Source of the DNA: Zygnema circumcarinatum SAG 698-1b
Taxonomy: Eukaryota; Plantae; Zygnematophyceae
Reading direction: 5' to 3'
Assembly: GCA_037447605.1 (NCBI GenBank)
Contig: CM074810.1
Coordinates: 2,700,880 to 2,764,879 of the forward strand
Length of the DNA stretch: 64,000 nt
Part shown: piece after piece, positions 23,202 through 34,485 of the stretch
How the letters are laid out: each line of letters starts with the position of its first letter
Position numbering within the stretch: position 1 is the first letter of the stretch
Made by a program: the position numbers and the translations under genes
Notes under the pieces: model-generated
The model's input: the letters and a program-made list of their open reading frames with translations, nothing else
Database searches by the model: none
What the model was told of the DNA's origin: nothing

Positions 23202-26200
23202 GTACTCGAGGGGTTGGCAAGGTGGCGCGGCGCGCTGCTGGAGGAGTGCTCGAGCGCCATCCTGCAGCGGGCGGGGATCCACGCGAGGGACCTGCGGATA
23301 CTGGACCCGAACCTCTCCTACCCCTCCGCCATCCTCGGGAGGGAGAGGGCCATAGTGCTCAACCTCGAGGTGAGGGAGAGAGGGAGGGAGAGGGGGGAGG
23401 GGGAGGGGGGATGCGTACATGGGGGATGGGGGAGAAGGGAAAGACATGGGATGGGAATGTTAGTGCAATGGTTGTTGATAGGATGGAGTGTTGTAGGATT
23501 GTTGTCTGGGTGGTTTGCTTATGTGATTTTTTGGGCTTATGGTTGTTCGGATGTGTGTGTTGGGGGGGGAGAGGGGGTGGGAGGGCAGAGTGTGAAGGCA
23601 ATCATAACAGCCAATGAGGTGAGGGGCTTTTCAACTTTAAGCCCTAAACCTGAAACCCTTAAGCCAACCACTAAACTTCTAATCCTAAAATTCAAAACCT
23701 TAACCCTAATCCCTAAACTCTGATCCCCCTTCAACCCTAATCCCCCTTCAACCCTAATCCCCCTTCAACCCTAATCCCCTTAATCCCCCTTAAACCCTAA
23801 CCCCCCTTAAACCCTAATCCCCCTAATCAACCCTAATCCCCCTTCAACCCTAATCCCCTTCATCCCCTTAAACCCTAATCCCCTTAATCCCCCTTAAACC
23901 CTAATCCCCCTTCAACCCCAATCCCCCTTCGACCCTAATCCCCTTCAACCCTAATCCCCCTTCAACCCCAATCCCCCTTCGACCCTAATCCCCTTCAACC
24001 CTAATCCCCTTCAACCCCTAATCCCCTTCATCCCCCTTAAACCCTAATCCCCTTAATCCCCCTTAAACCCTAATCCCCCTTAAACCCTAACCCCCCTTCA
24101 ACCCCAATCCCCCTTCGACCCTAATCCCCTTCAACCCTAATCCCCTTAATCCCCCTTAAACCCTAATCCCCCTTAAACCCTAATCCCCCTTCAACCCTAA
24201 TCCCCTTCAACCCTAATCCCCTTCAACCCTCCCCCTTCCCCCCCCTTAATCCCCCTTAAACCCTAATCCCCCTTAAACCCTAATCCCCCTTAAACCCTAA
24301 TCCCCTTCAACCCTAATCCCCTTAAACCCTAATCCCCTTAAACCCTAACCCCTTTCCAGGTCCTCCTGCGCAACCCCCGCTCCAAGGCGGTCCTTCCTTT
24401 TGTAGAGGAGCTCCGGCGGCGGCTCGCGCCGCCCGGGGCCCCTCCGCACGCTCCTCTTACAGGGACGCTCAGCGAGGAGGAAGAAGAGGAGGAGGAGGAG
24501 GAGAGGGAGAGAGAGAGGGAGAGGGAGGAGGGAGAGGAGGAGGTGCCTCTCAAGGAGTCGCGGAGGGAGAGGAAGAAGCGGTCGCCCAGTCCTATGCGGC
24601 ACGAGGAGCAGCACGACGAGATAGGGAGGGAGGACGAGGAAAGTAAGGAGAGGGAGAGGGAGTGGAAGGAGCGAGAGGAAGGAGCGAGAGGAAGGAGCGA
24701 GAGGGGGGAGAGAGGAGAGGGAAGGGGAGGAGAGGGAGGGAGGGAGGAAAGAGAGAGATGAAGGGGGAGAGTGGAGAGAGGAAGGGGGAGAGGGGAGAGG
24801 GCGGGGAAGGAGAGAGTGGGAGTTGGAAGAGTGAGAAGTGGGAATTGCAGGAAAAAGAGAGGGGAAAACTACCTCTTGGGGGTATTTCGCGGTTTCTTGG
24901 AGACTTTGGGAGATTTCATGGAGTTTCCTCGTGGGGTTTTTTTTTTTTGTTTCCTTCGTTTTGTGAGAAGTTGTGTGTGCGTGTGATGCTTCTTGTTTCG
25001 TTTTTTGGTGGTCATGATTGTTTTTTTTTTTTTTTTTTTTCGGGCAGGACCTCCACTAGAGTTTGTGGCTTTGGAAGCCGCCCTGGAGTTCACATGTACA
25101 TTTTTGGATAAGTGTACAACGGAACTGGAAACTGAAGCAAGGAGAGCCCTCGATGCGCTCACCTCAAAGGTCAGAACTCCCTCACCTTCCGAAAACCCGA
25201 AAACCTTTAAAATCCCTAAAAAGCCAAGAATCTTCAAAACTGCAAAACCCTAAAAACATGAAAACCTTGGAACCCTAAATCATGAAATACTCAGAAAAAA
25301 TACAGACCATAAACGAGGTTGTTCGATCGTTTACCCACTTTTCCCCTCCATTTTGATCAAGAAAATGTTAAAAAGGAAGTTCAAAAGAAAGGGGCAGCCA
25401 AGGAAAATGCCTGAAACGGAACATTCTCAGTTTTGAAGGCTGTGGATGTACTGTCCCTATATTAAAAAATCCGTTCCTTTCCGTTCCGTTCCGTTCCAAT
25501 TTGGAGTTCTATGTGGAGCCTTTCAGGTGAGCAGTCTCAACTTGGATCGAGTTCGGAAGCAAAAAAGTCGACTTAGTCGACTTTCCGCCAGGGTTCAAAA
25601 GGTGAGTTTTTTCGGTTTGTATTATTAATGTTTTCTTTCTCCCACTCCATCTCCCTCTCCCTCTTCCTCTCGCTCTCCCTCTCCTTCTCTCTCTTTCTCG
25701 CCTTCTCGATTCTTGTCCATCTCTCCCCTCCTCTCTTTTGTCTCCTTTCTCTACAATTTGTTGATTTATCTGAATTGCTGGTATGTCCTTCATCCAAATT
25801 TCCACCCTTTCCTCTTTTCGCCTCTCTCTATGTGCCCTACCTTTCCCTCTTCTCCTCCAAATTCTCATCTCCCTCCCTCCTCCCTCCCTCCCTCCCTCCC
25901 TCCCTCCCTCCCTCCCTCCCTCCCTCCCTCCCTCCCTCCCTCCCTCCTCCCTCCCCTCCCTCCCTCCTCCCTCCCTCCCTCCCTCCCTCCCTCCCTCCTC
26001 CCTCCTCCTCCCTCCCTCCCTCCCTCCCCTCCCTCCCTCCCTCCCTCCTCCTCCCTCCTCCCTCCTCCCTCCCTCCCTCCCTCCCTCCCTCCCTCCCCTC
26101 CCTCCCTCCCTCCCTCCCTCCCTCAGGTCCGCGACGAGGTAGAGCAGCTCCTGGACGACGACGACGACATGGCGGAGATGTTCCTCTCCCGCAAGGCCGC

Positions 26201-29200
26201 CCTCCCTCCCTCTCCCACCGGCTCTCCCACTGTCGCGTCACGCCTGTCACGCGGAGGGAGCATCTCCCTCTTCGCGGAGGAGGACAGCGACATCGAAGAG
26301 CTCGAGCAGCTGCTCGAGGTGGGGCCCAGGGGCCAGGGGCCAGGGGCCAGGGCCAGGGGCCAGGCCAGGCCAGGGCCAGGGGCCAGGGGCCAGGGCCAGG
26401 GCCAGGCCAGGGGCCAGGGCCAGGCCAGGGCCAGGGGCCAGGCCAGGGCCAGGGCCAGGGGCCAGGCCAGGGCCAGGCCAGGCCAGGCCAGGGCCAGGGC
26501 CAGGGCCAGGGCCAGGGCCAGGGCCAGGGCCAGGGCCAGGGCCAGGGCCAGGCCAGGCCAGGCCAGGGCCAGGCTAGGCCAGGGGCCAGGGGCCAGGCCA
26601 GGGCCAGGGCCAGGGCCAGGGCCAGGCCAGGGGCCAGGCCAGGGGCCAGGGGCCAGGGGCTAGGCTAGGGGCCAGGGGCCAGGGGCCAGGGCCAGGGCCA
26701 GGGGCCAGGGGCCAGGGCCAGGGCCAGGGGCCAGGGGCCAGGGCCAGGGGCCAGGGCCAGGCCAGGGGGCCAGGGGCCAGGGGCCAGGGGCCAGGCCAGG
26801 GCCAGGGGCCAGGCCAGGGCCAGGGGCCAGGCCAGGGGCCAGGCCAGGCCAGGCCAGGGCCAGGGCCAGGGGCCAGGCCAGGGGCCAGGGGCCAGGCCAG
26901 GCCAGGGGCCAGGGGCCAGGCCAGGGGCCAGGCCAGGGCCAGGCCAGCCAGGCCAGGGCCAGCCAGGGCCAGGCCAGGCCAGGGCCAGGGCCAGGGCCAG
27001 GCCAGGCCAGGCCAGGCCAGGGCCAGGCCAGGGCCAGGGCCAGGGGCCAGGGCCAGGCCGGGCCAGGGGCCAGGGGCCAGGGGCCAGCCAGGCCAGGGGC
27101 CAGGGGCCAGCCAGGGGCCAGGCCAGGGCCAGGGGCCAGGCCAGGGGCCAGGGGCCAGGGGCCAGGGGCCAGGGCCAGGGCCAGGGGCCAGGGCCAGGGC
27201 CAGGGCCAGGGGCCAGCCAGGGCCAGGCCAGGGGCCAGGGCCAGGGCCAGGCCAGGGGCCAGGCCAGGGCCAGGCCAGGGCCAGGGCCAGGGGCCAGGGC
27301 CAGGCCAGGGCCAGGGCCAGGGCCAGGCCAGGCCAGGGCCAGGGCCAGGGCCAGGGGCCAGGGGCCAGGCCAGGCCAGGGCCAGGCCAGGCCAGGCCAGG
27401 GGCCAGGCCAGGCCAGGCCAGGCCAGGGCCAGGCCAGGCCAGGCCAGGGCCAGGCCAGGCCAGGGCCAGGCCAGGGGCCAGGGGCCAGCCAGGGGCCAGG
27501 GCCAGGCCAGGCCAGGCCAGGGCCAGGGGCCGGGCCAGGGGCCAGGGGCCAGGGGCCAGGGGCCAGGGGCCAGGGGCCAGGGGCCAGGGGCTAGGGGCCA
27601 GGGGCCAGGGGGCCAGGGCCAGGGGCCAGGGGCCAGGGGCCAGGGCCAGGGGCCAGGGGCCAGGGGCCAGGGGCCAGGGCCAGGGGCCAGGCCAGGGGCC
27701 AGGCCAGGGCCAGGCCAGGCCAGGGCCAGCCAGGCCAGGCCAGGGCCAGGCCAGGCCAGGGCCAGGGCCAGGGCCAGGCCAGGCCAGGGCCAGGGGCCAG
27801 GGGCCAGGGCCAGGCCAGCCAGGGCCAGGCCAGCCAGGGCCAGGCCAGGGGCCAGGCCAGGCCAGGGCCAGCCAGGCCAGGCCAGGGCCAGGCCAGGCCA
27901 GGGCCAGCCAGGCCAGGGCCAGGCCAGGGCCAGGGCCAGGCCAGGGGCCAGGGCCAGGGCCAGGGCCAGGGGCTAGGGGCTAGGGGCTAGGGGCTAGGGG
28001 CTAGGGGCTAGGGTCTAGGGTCGAGGGTCTAGGGTCTATGGTCTAGGGTCTGGGGTCTAGGGTCTAGGGTCTAGAGTATAGGGTCTAGGGACTAGGGTTT
28101 TGAAATTGTTTACTTATGGTTAACCAGGGGTGGGTTCGGGTTCAATCGGGGTACAACCCTTCAGGCCTATTTCAGTCAAATTGACGGAACGCTCAACCGC
28201 CTGAACACGGTCTGGCTTAAACCCTAAACCCTGATTCTCTAAATTGATATTGTCAATTTTTTTATTTTTGGTCAGATTTAGGGCTTTAGGCGCGGGTCAA
28301 ATCGGCGGCCCAATTCTTTTTTTTGGTTGAATCCGATTTCTTCGTTCGTGGTTGCCCATATTTTGGCAATCAGAAAATTCAAATTGAGATCTCAAGAAAG
28401 TAAATTTTTTTTTTCGTTTTTGGATGGCAGCTCCGAGAATATATTGATGACACGGAGGATTATATCAACATTCAGGTAAGTTAATTAAGTAATTTTTCAA
28501 GAATTAACTTAAAAGGAACGAACAAAAGGAAGAAAGAAAGAAAGAAGGGGTGGTGGAGAGTGTTATTATCTTCATTAATAATTTTTTTTTTGTCTCTCTT
28601 TTCAAAGTTTCCTTTTCCTTGTGGAAATTTATGAAAACTTTTTGTAATTTGTTTAATTGAGGAACTTTTCATTTTTTTTGTTTGGCATGCAGCTGGACAA
28701 TCACCGGAATCAGCTAATTCAGGTGATTTTCATGATATGGTCTTCTCTCCCACTCCCACTCTCTCCCTCTCCCTCTCCGCCTCTCCCTCCCTCTCCCTCT
28801 CTCCCTCTCGCTCCCTCTCCCACTCTCCCTCTTCTGCCCTCTCTCGTCTATCCACTTTCTCTCGTCCTCTCTCTGCCTCTCCCTCCCACTCCTTCACTCT
28901 CCCTCCATTTCTAATTCTCTCTCTCCATCCCTCTCCCCGCTATCCTTTTTTTCTCCCGCTTTATCTCTCTCCTCCTCCCCATTCTCCTCCTCTCCCTCGT
29001 TCTCCCAACTTGACCCCTAACCTTCTTCTCTTTCCTTACCCTCTGAAACGTCTCTATCTCTTTCCTTCTCGTGCCCTTTCCCCCCTCTCTCTCTCACCTT
29101 CTCCCTCTCGCTCTCACTCTCCCTCTCACACCTTTCCCCTCCTCTCTCTCTCACCCTCTCCCTCTCTCTCTCTCACTCTCTCCCTCTCACGCCTCTCCCC

Positions 29201-29945
29201 CGCATCTATCTCTCCCTCTTACACCTCGCCCCCTCGCTCTCTCCCTCGCACACCTCTCCCCTCCTCTCTCTGTCACTTCCTCTCTCTAACACCCCCCCCC
29301 TCCCCTCCCCTCTCTCTCTCCCTCTCTTCCTCCCTCTCTCAGCTGGAGACGGTGCTGAACACGGCAACGATGACTGTGGGAGTGTTTGGAGTGGTGGCGG
29401 GAATCTTTGGGATGAACATTCCGTACCGTTGGAACCACGAGGATAGCGCCTTTGAAAAGGTACTGTCTCCCTCCCTCCCTCTCTCTCGCTCGCTCTCCTT
29501 CTTCCCTCTTTCGTCTCTCTCGCTGCCTCCTTCCTCACTCTCCCATCTCACTCAATGCCTACCTCACTTTCCTCCCCCTCGCCCTCTCCCTCTTTCTCTC
29601 CCCCACCCATCCTCTCCCCTCTCGTTCTTTCTCCCCCTCTCCCACTTTTTCATTATTCTCCATCGCCCTCTCCCTCGCCCTCTCCCACTCCCCCCTCTCT
29701 CCCTCTTCGTCCCCCTTCCATCTTATTCTCTCCCTCCCTCCCTCTCGCTCTCCCACTCCATCGCTCACAGTAGTGCTGCCTCATCCGAATTCTCGTCTCT
29801 TTTCATTAGTTGAGTGGATCGATCTCTTCAATAAATGATGTTTATGTTTTTCTTTATGCAGATCGTAATTTTCACCTCCATTTTGTGTCTCATGATTTTC
29901 GCCGCCATCATCGGGTACGCCCACTACAAACGAATCATTTCGTAA
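23202..29945 (+). CDS. MRS2: MRS2/MGT (CorA-like) magnesium transporter. 5' exons uncertain; candidate start at 21467 (MGVPDM)
   Basis: Exons 23202?-23369, 23589-23618, 24360-24642, 25048-25169, 25527-25601, 26127-26318, 28165-28209, 28431-28475, 28693-28722, 29343-29459, 29862-29945. Motifs [55 protein letters not shown] and GIFGMN. Confidence 0.93.
23725..24350. repeat. 16-17-bp minisatellite CCCCTT(A/C)AACCCTAAT (telomere-derived) in an MRS2 intron
   Basis: Tandem units run up to the acceptor at 24359. Confidence 0.92.
26322..28101. repeat. ~1.75-kb intronic G-rich array: (GG(G)(G)CCA)n, then (GGGGCTA)n, then (GGGTCTA)n
   Basis: Begins immediately after the donor at 26319. Unit switches near 27969 and 28011. 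Confidence 0.95.
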
Positions 29946-30289
29946 AAAAAAAAATTAGAAAAAAAATAAATTGTGTTTTTCTGCTTCTCTCTTTCCTTTT
30001 TCTTTTTCCGGTTTTGGAAAAAGTACATTTGCATACGGTTAGGTCTTTTGGGTAGAGAGGGGTGACACGTGGCGTACTTGTAGCGGTTGATTTTTAGATG
30101 TTAGCTCTGAGACCTCCCCCACAAGTGTGGTCAATTTTTGGAAATTTTAAGGATTCCATTAAAAGGGGTATTGGCACCCCTCTCCCACTTTCCATGTACC
30201 GCTCCACCGGTTCTATGTGTTGAAAATGGGCTTTCCATTTGTCCAATTTGCCTGAATGTGCCACTCTCTCCCTTTCTCTCTCCTCTTTC

Positions 30290-30412
<123 letters not shown>

Positions 30413-31334
30413 CTCTCTCCTCTCTCTCTCTCTGGCTCTCTCTACCCTACTCTTGCCCCGCTTTCCTGCCTTCTCCTCCCTCTCACCTCTCCCCCCTCAC
30501 TACCTCCGTTGTCCCTCCCCCTCCCACTCCCCCTCAGTCACTCCCCCCCTTCTCCCCTCCCTTTCCCTCTCATCGCCACTCACTGCCCCTCTTATCCCCC
30601 TCTCACCCCCTCCCCCTCCTCCCTCTCCAACCCATCCCCTTCCTTTTCCTCTCTCAGCGCTGCACAAAGAGAGCTGTCTTGTGATTTGTCTTGTTGTGTG
30701 GTGCATTGCACGTCACGTCACATGGCTCACTCTTGTGATGTGGTACAAAAACAATTCGAGGTGAAATTCACAACACAAGACCACCCTGAATATGAACCAA
30801 CACCATCGTCTGAAGCTGTAAATATTTATTTTACCACTGAACTCGTCCATCTAGAAAACTTTCGGTTTCTGGTTTGCAAACTGGGCTGGATTAAGCCTTA
30901 CCATCCGTACAAAATTCGTACGATGTTGTACAAACTGACCTTACCGTACGGTATCTCCAAAACCAGAAACCAAAGAAACTGTTGGAATCGGGCCCAATCT
31001 TTCTCTCCAATCAGCGCCAAGCTCTGCTCCATTTATCCACTCTCTCGGGCAGATATTCTCTCCCCCTCTCCCTCGCCTCTCTCCCTCTCCTTGGCTGTCT
31101 CTCTCTCTTTCCCCTCCCCTCCCTCTCCCTCTCGCTCTCCCTCTTTCGTCCTCTCCATTTCCTTTTTACATACAAAGTCTGCTTAGTGGGAGGCTTCTGC
31201 ACTTATACGCCAGCTGGCAGCCTCACCTGCTGCCACCTGGCACCGTAAAACTCCCTCTGTTTGAACCTCAAACTGCATCTCTCTCCCCCTCTCCCTCCCC
31301 TCCTCTCTCACCCTCGAAGGGAGGCTCATAACCA

Positions 31335-32543
31335 ATGGCTTTCCATTCTCATTCAGTTCCCTTTACGGACAACGGAAGCCTCTCTCTCACATGTGCCTCT
31401 TCCAACCGCGGCTCGTCCGCCACCGCTTCCCTATCTTGTAATTTAAAAAATTTCCAAATTTCCAAAAACCCCACTTCGTCTCTGTCTCTCCGCCTCCTTC
31501 CGCGGGTCCTGAACCCCTCTCAGCCGAGAAAATGCAGCAAAAGGAGGACAGCTGTCGCCGCCCCATTCGCTAAGCAAGCGGTTGCAGATCCTCCATCAGT
31601 GACGGAGGAAAAAGACAAAGAAAATGTTTACGATTGCGTTGTGGTCGGCGGCGGCATCTCGGGGCTGTGCACTGCAAATGCTTTGATTTCTGAGCATGGC
31701 GAAAAGTTCAAGAGGGTGTTGGTGACAGAGGCGAGGGAGAGAGTGGGAGGGAACATCACCACGGTCGAGAAGGGAGAGTACTTGTGGGAGGAGGGACCCA
31801 ACAGCTTTCAGCCAAACGATGCAATGTTAAAATGCGTCGTGAGTTTTTCTACTTTTTCAAGCGTTAGAGAGAGGGAGAGGAGAGAGAGAGAGAGAGAGAA
31901 AGAAAGGGAACGGAGTGAGATAAAGAGAGAAAAGAGCGAAAGAGAGCGAGAGAGTGCGAGAGAGAAGGGAGGGAGTGGGACAGGGGGAGGGAGGAGGGAG
32001 GAGGGAGGNNNNNNNNNNGGAGGGAGGAGGGAGGAGGGAGAAGAGAGGAGGGAGGCAGGCTTAGAAGGGGAGTGGGGATGAGGGAGTGAGAAAGAAAGGA
32101 GGGTGTGAGTGAGAGTTAGCGAGGGAGAGCGAGAGAGAGGGAGAGGGGAGAGAGAGAAAGAGTGAGAAACTGGGAAGGGGAGAAGTGCAACGTGGGTTTA
32201 CGAAGTGAGTGAATTTTAGGTGCCAGATGGCAGCAGGAGAGGCTTCCAGCTGGCATTTTAGGAGTTAGGGGTAGGGGCGGGAGGGAAGGAGGGATAGAGG
32301 GGGGGAGGGGAGGGAGAGAAAGAGAGGAGTATGCGACAAAGAGAGCGAGAGAGAGAAAGGGAGAAAAAAGAGTAATAAAGAGGGACAGAGGTGTGAGAGA
32401 GTGAGAGTGGAGGGGAGGGGTGCAACGTTGGGGTGTGCAGAGAGGGTAGTTTTTAGGTGCCAAGTGGCAGCAGGAGAGGCTGCCAGCTGGGGTCTCAGAA
32501 AAAGTTGGGGGGAGGAAGGTGGAAGGAGAGCGAGAGAGAGGGT

Positions 32544-32600
<57 letters not shown>

Positions 32601-33442
32601 CGAGAGAGGGCGAGAGAGGTGAGGAGGGGTGCAGCGTTTGGGTTTGCTGAGAGGGTGATTTTGAGGAGGGGAGGTCACCAGGTAACAGACTGTCAGTTGG
32701 CGCCTCTAAGAGAGACTTTAGTTTCACCTTTTGACGTGACGTTGAAATCCTTGAATGGGCTTCCTGCAATTGTGTTTAATTTTAAAAATGTGTTCACTTA
32801 TTTACATTTCTGTCTGAGAGTGGACAGGTTCAGTTCTCAGAGTCTGTTACATAATATTTACTTTCCTGTTTTCCCACTATAAAACACAACAATTTCCCAT
32901 GTTCTAATTTCCCATGTTGCATAGAAAGCATTCGGTTTCGTTCGGAATCAAAATGTAGCCCTTATTTACTTGCTTAAACTAAATTAAATTTGTATATTCC
33001 TTTGTTTTCTTATAGGTGGATGTTGACCTTAAAGAGGAGCTTGTATTGGGTGATCCCGACTCTCCGAGATATGTTCTATGGGGGGGCCGTCTCCGTCCAG
33101 TTCCGGCAGGTCTAACTGATCTTCCGTTTTTTGACCTAATGTCGCCATTTGGAAAAATTAGGGCAGGACTTGGAGCCCTTGGGATTCGGCCCGGCCCTCC
33201 GGAGGTAAAATTTTTCATTGAATTTTTTGGTATACCTTTTAGAATTGAAGGGTTGAATTTGAGGAGACAGATTCAATAAAGTATTTCAGTTAGCGAATAC
33301 GGAACGGGGGATATATGTGACGAGGGGAAGTTGAGGGGATGGGGTTCAGGGCAAAGATGAGTCGGTAGAGGAATTTGTTCGGCGGAATTTGGGAGCAGAG
33401 GTGTTCGAACGCCTCATTGAACCCTTCTGCTCGGGTTGGCTC

Positions 33443-33502
<60 letters not shown>

Positions 33503-34412
33503 TTTGTCTCTTTGTCTCTCTTTCTCTCTGGTGTCATTTCTCTCCCGCACTCCCTCTCTGGTTTGTCACTATTCCTGTAGTTCTCACACTTTCTCGTTAC
33601 ATTCTTATTCTCAATCTATCTCCCCTACGTCTCCCACTCTCTACCTTTCGCCCTTTATTTAACCCCCCACTCCTCTCCGTCTCTCCCTCTCCCTCCGTCC
33701 CCACCCCTCCCTCCATGCTATTTTGAACTTCTGAAGAATCAAAACAATTACCAAACAACTACTAAACTCCATTTTCCTCTTTTCCCCTCCCCTCCCCTCT
33801 CCCTCTACCTCTCCCTTTCCCTTCTCCCGCCTTCCCCACTCCCTCTCTCCCCGCAGGAGTATATGCGGGAGATCCCTCCAAGCTGAGCATGAAGGCAGCT
33901 TTTGGGCGAGTTTGGAAATTGGAAAATATCGGCGGTTCGATTATTGGCGGAACTTTTAAGCTTTTGAAGGAACGGAGAGATAATCCTCCTCCTCCTCGCG
34001 ATCCGTGAGTACATACTTCATCATATCTTTGAAAAAGGGAAACTAAGGAAATGAAGTGCATAAATATGTCAAAGAATAAGTAATTTATGAGGAAGGAAAT
34101 GAATGAGGAATTGAGTAAATGCTTTTATAGCAGTAATGCATGTTGTATTGTAAAGAATGCCAAACTTTGAACACAAAAAAAACACACAATTTGTATATGC
34201 AAAGTTGATTTTTATCATTTTGGTCAATAAAAAGCGCTCCTTCTCTTGAATTTATTTCCTTTTCCTGACCGTTGTATGTGATATATTTCCTTATGATTCT
34301 TTTTTGTTCATTTTTTTCTTAAATAACAGGCGGCTTCCTAAGCCAAAGGGGCAGACTGTCGGGTCCTTCCGGAAGGGTCTTGTGACTCTGCCGAATGCAC
34401 TTGCAAAAAGGT

Positions 34413-34485
<73 letters not shown>

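Noticed and set aside
23180-23260. Possible frameshift at the MRS2 N-terminus (AGTR…VLE in an alternative frame)
   Set aside because: The main frame ([14 protein letters not shown]) aligns adequately with MRS2 proteins, so no frameshift is needed.
15960-24350. Telomere-like tracts as a chromosome end or fusion scar
   Set aside because: They are degenerate, lie within or next to introns of intact genes, and occur in both orientations.
25628-26668. Gly/Gln- and Ala/Arg-repeat ORFs
   Set aside because: Read-through of an MRS2 exon into intronic repeats.
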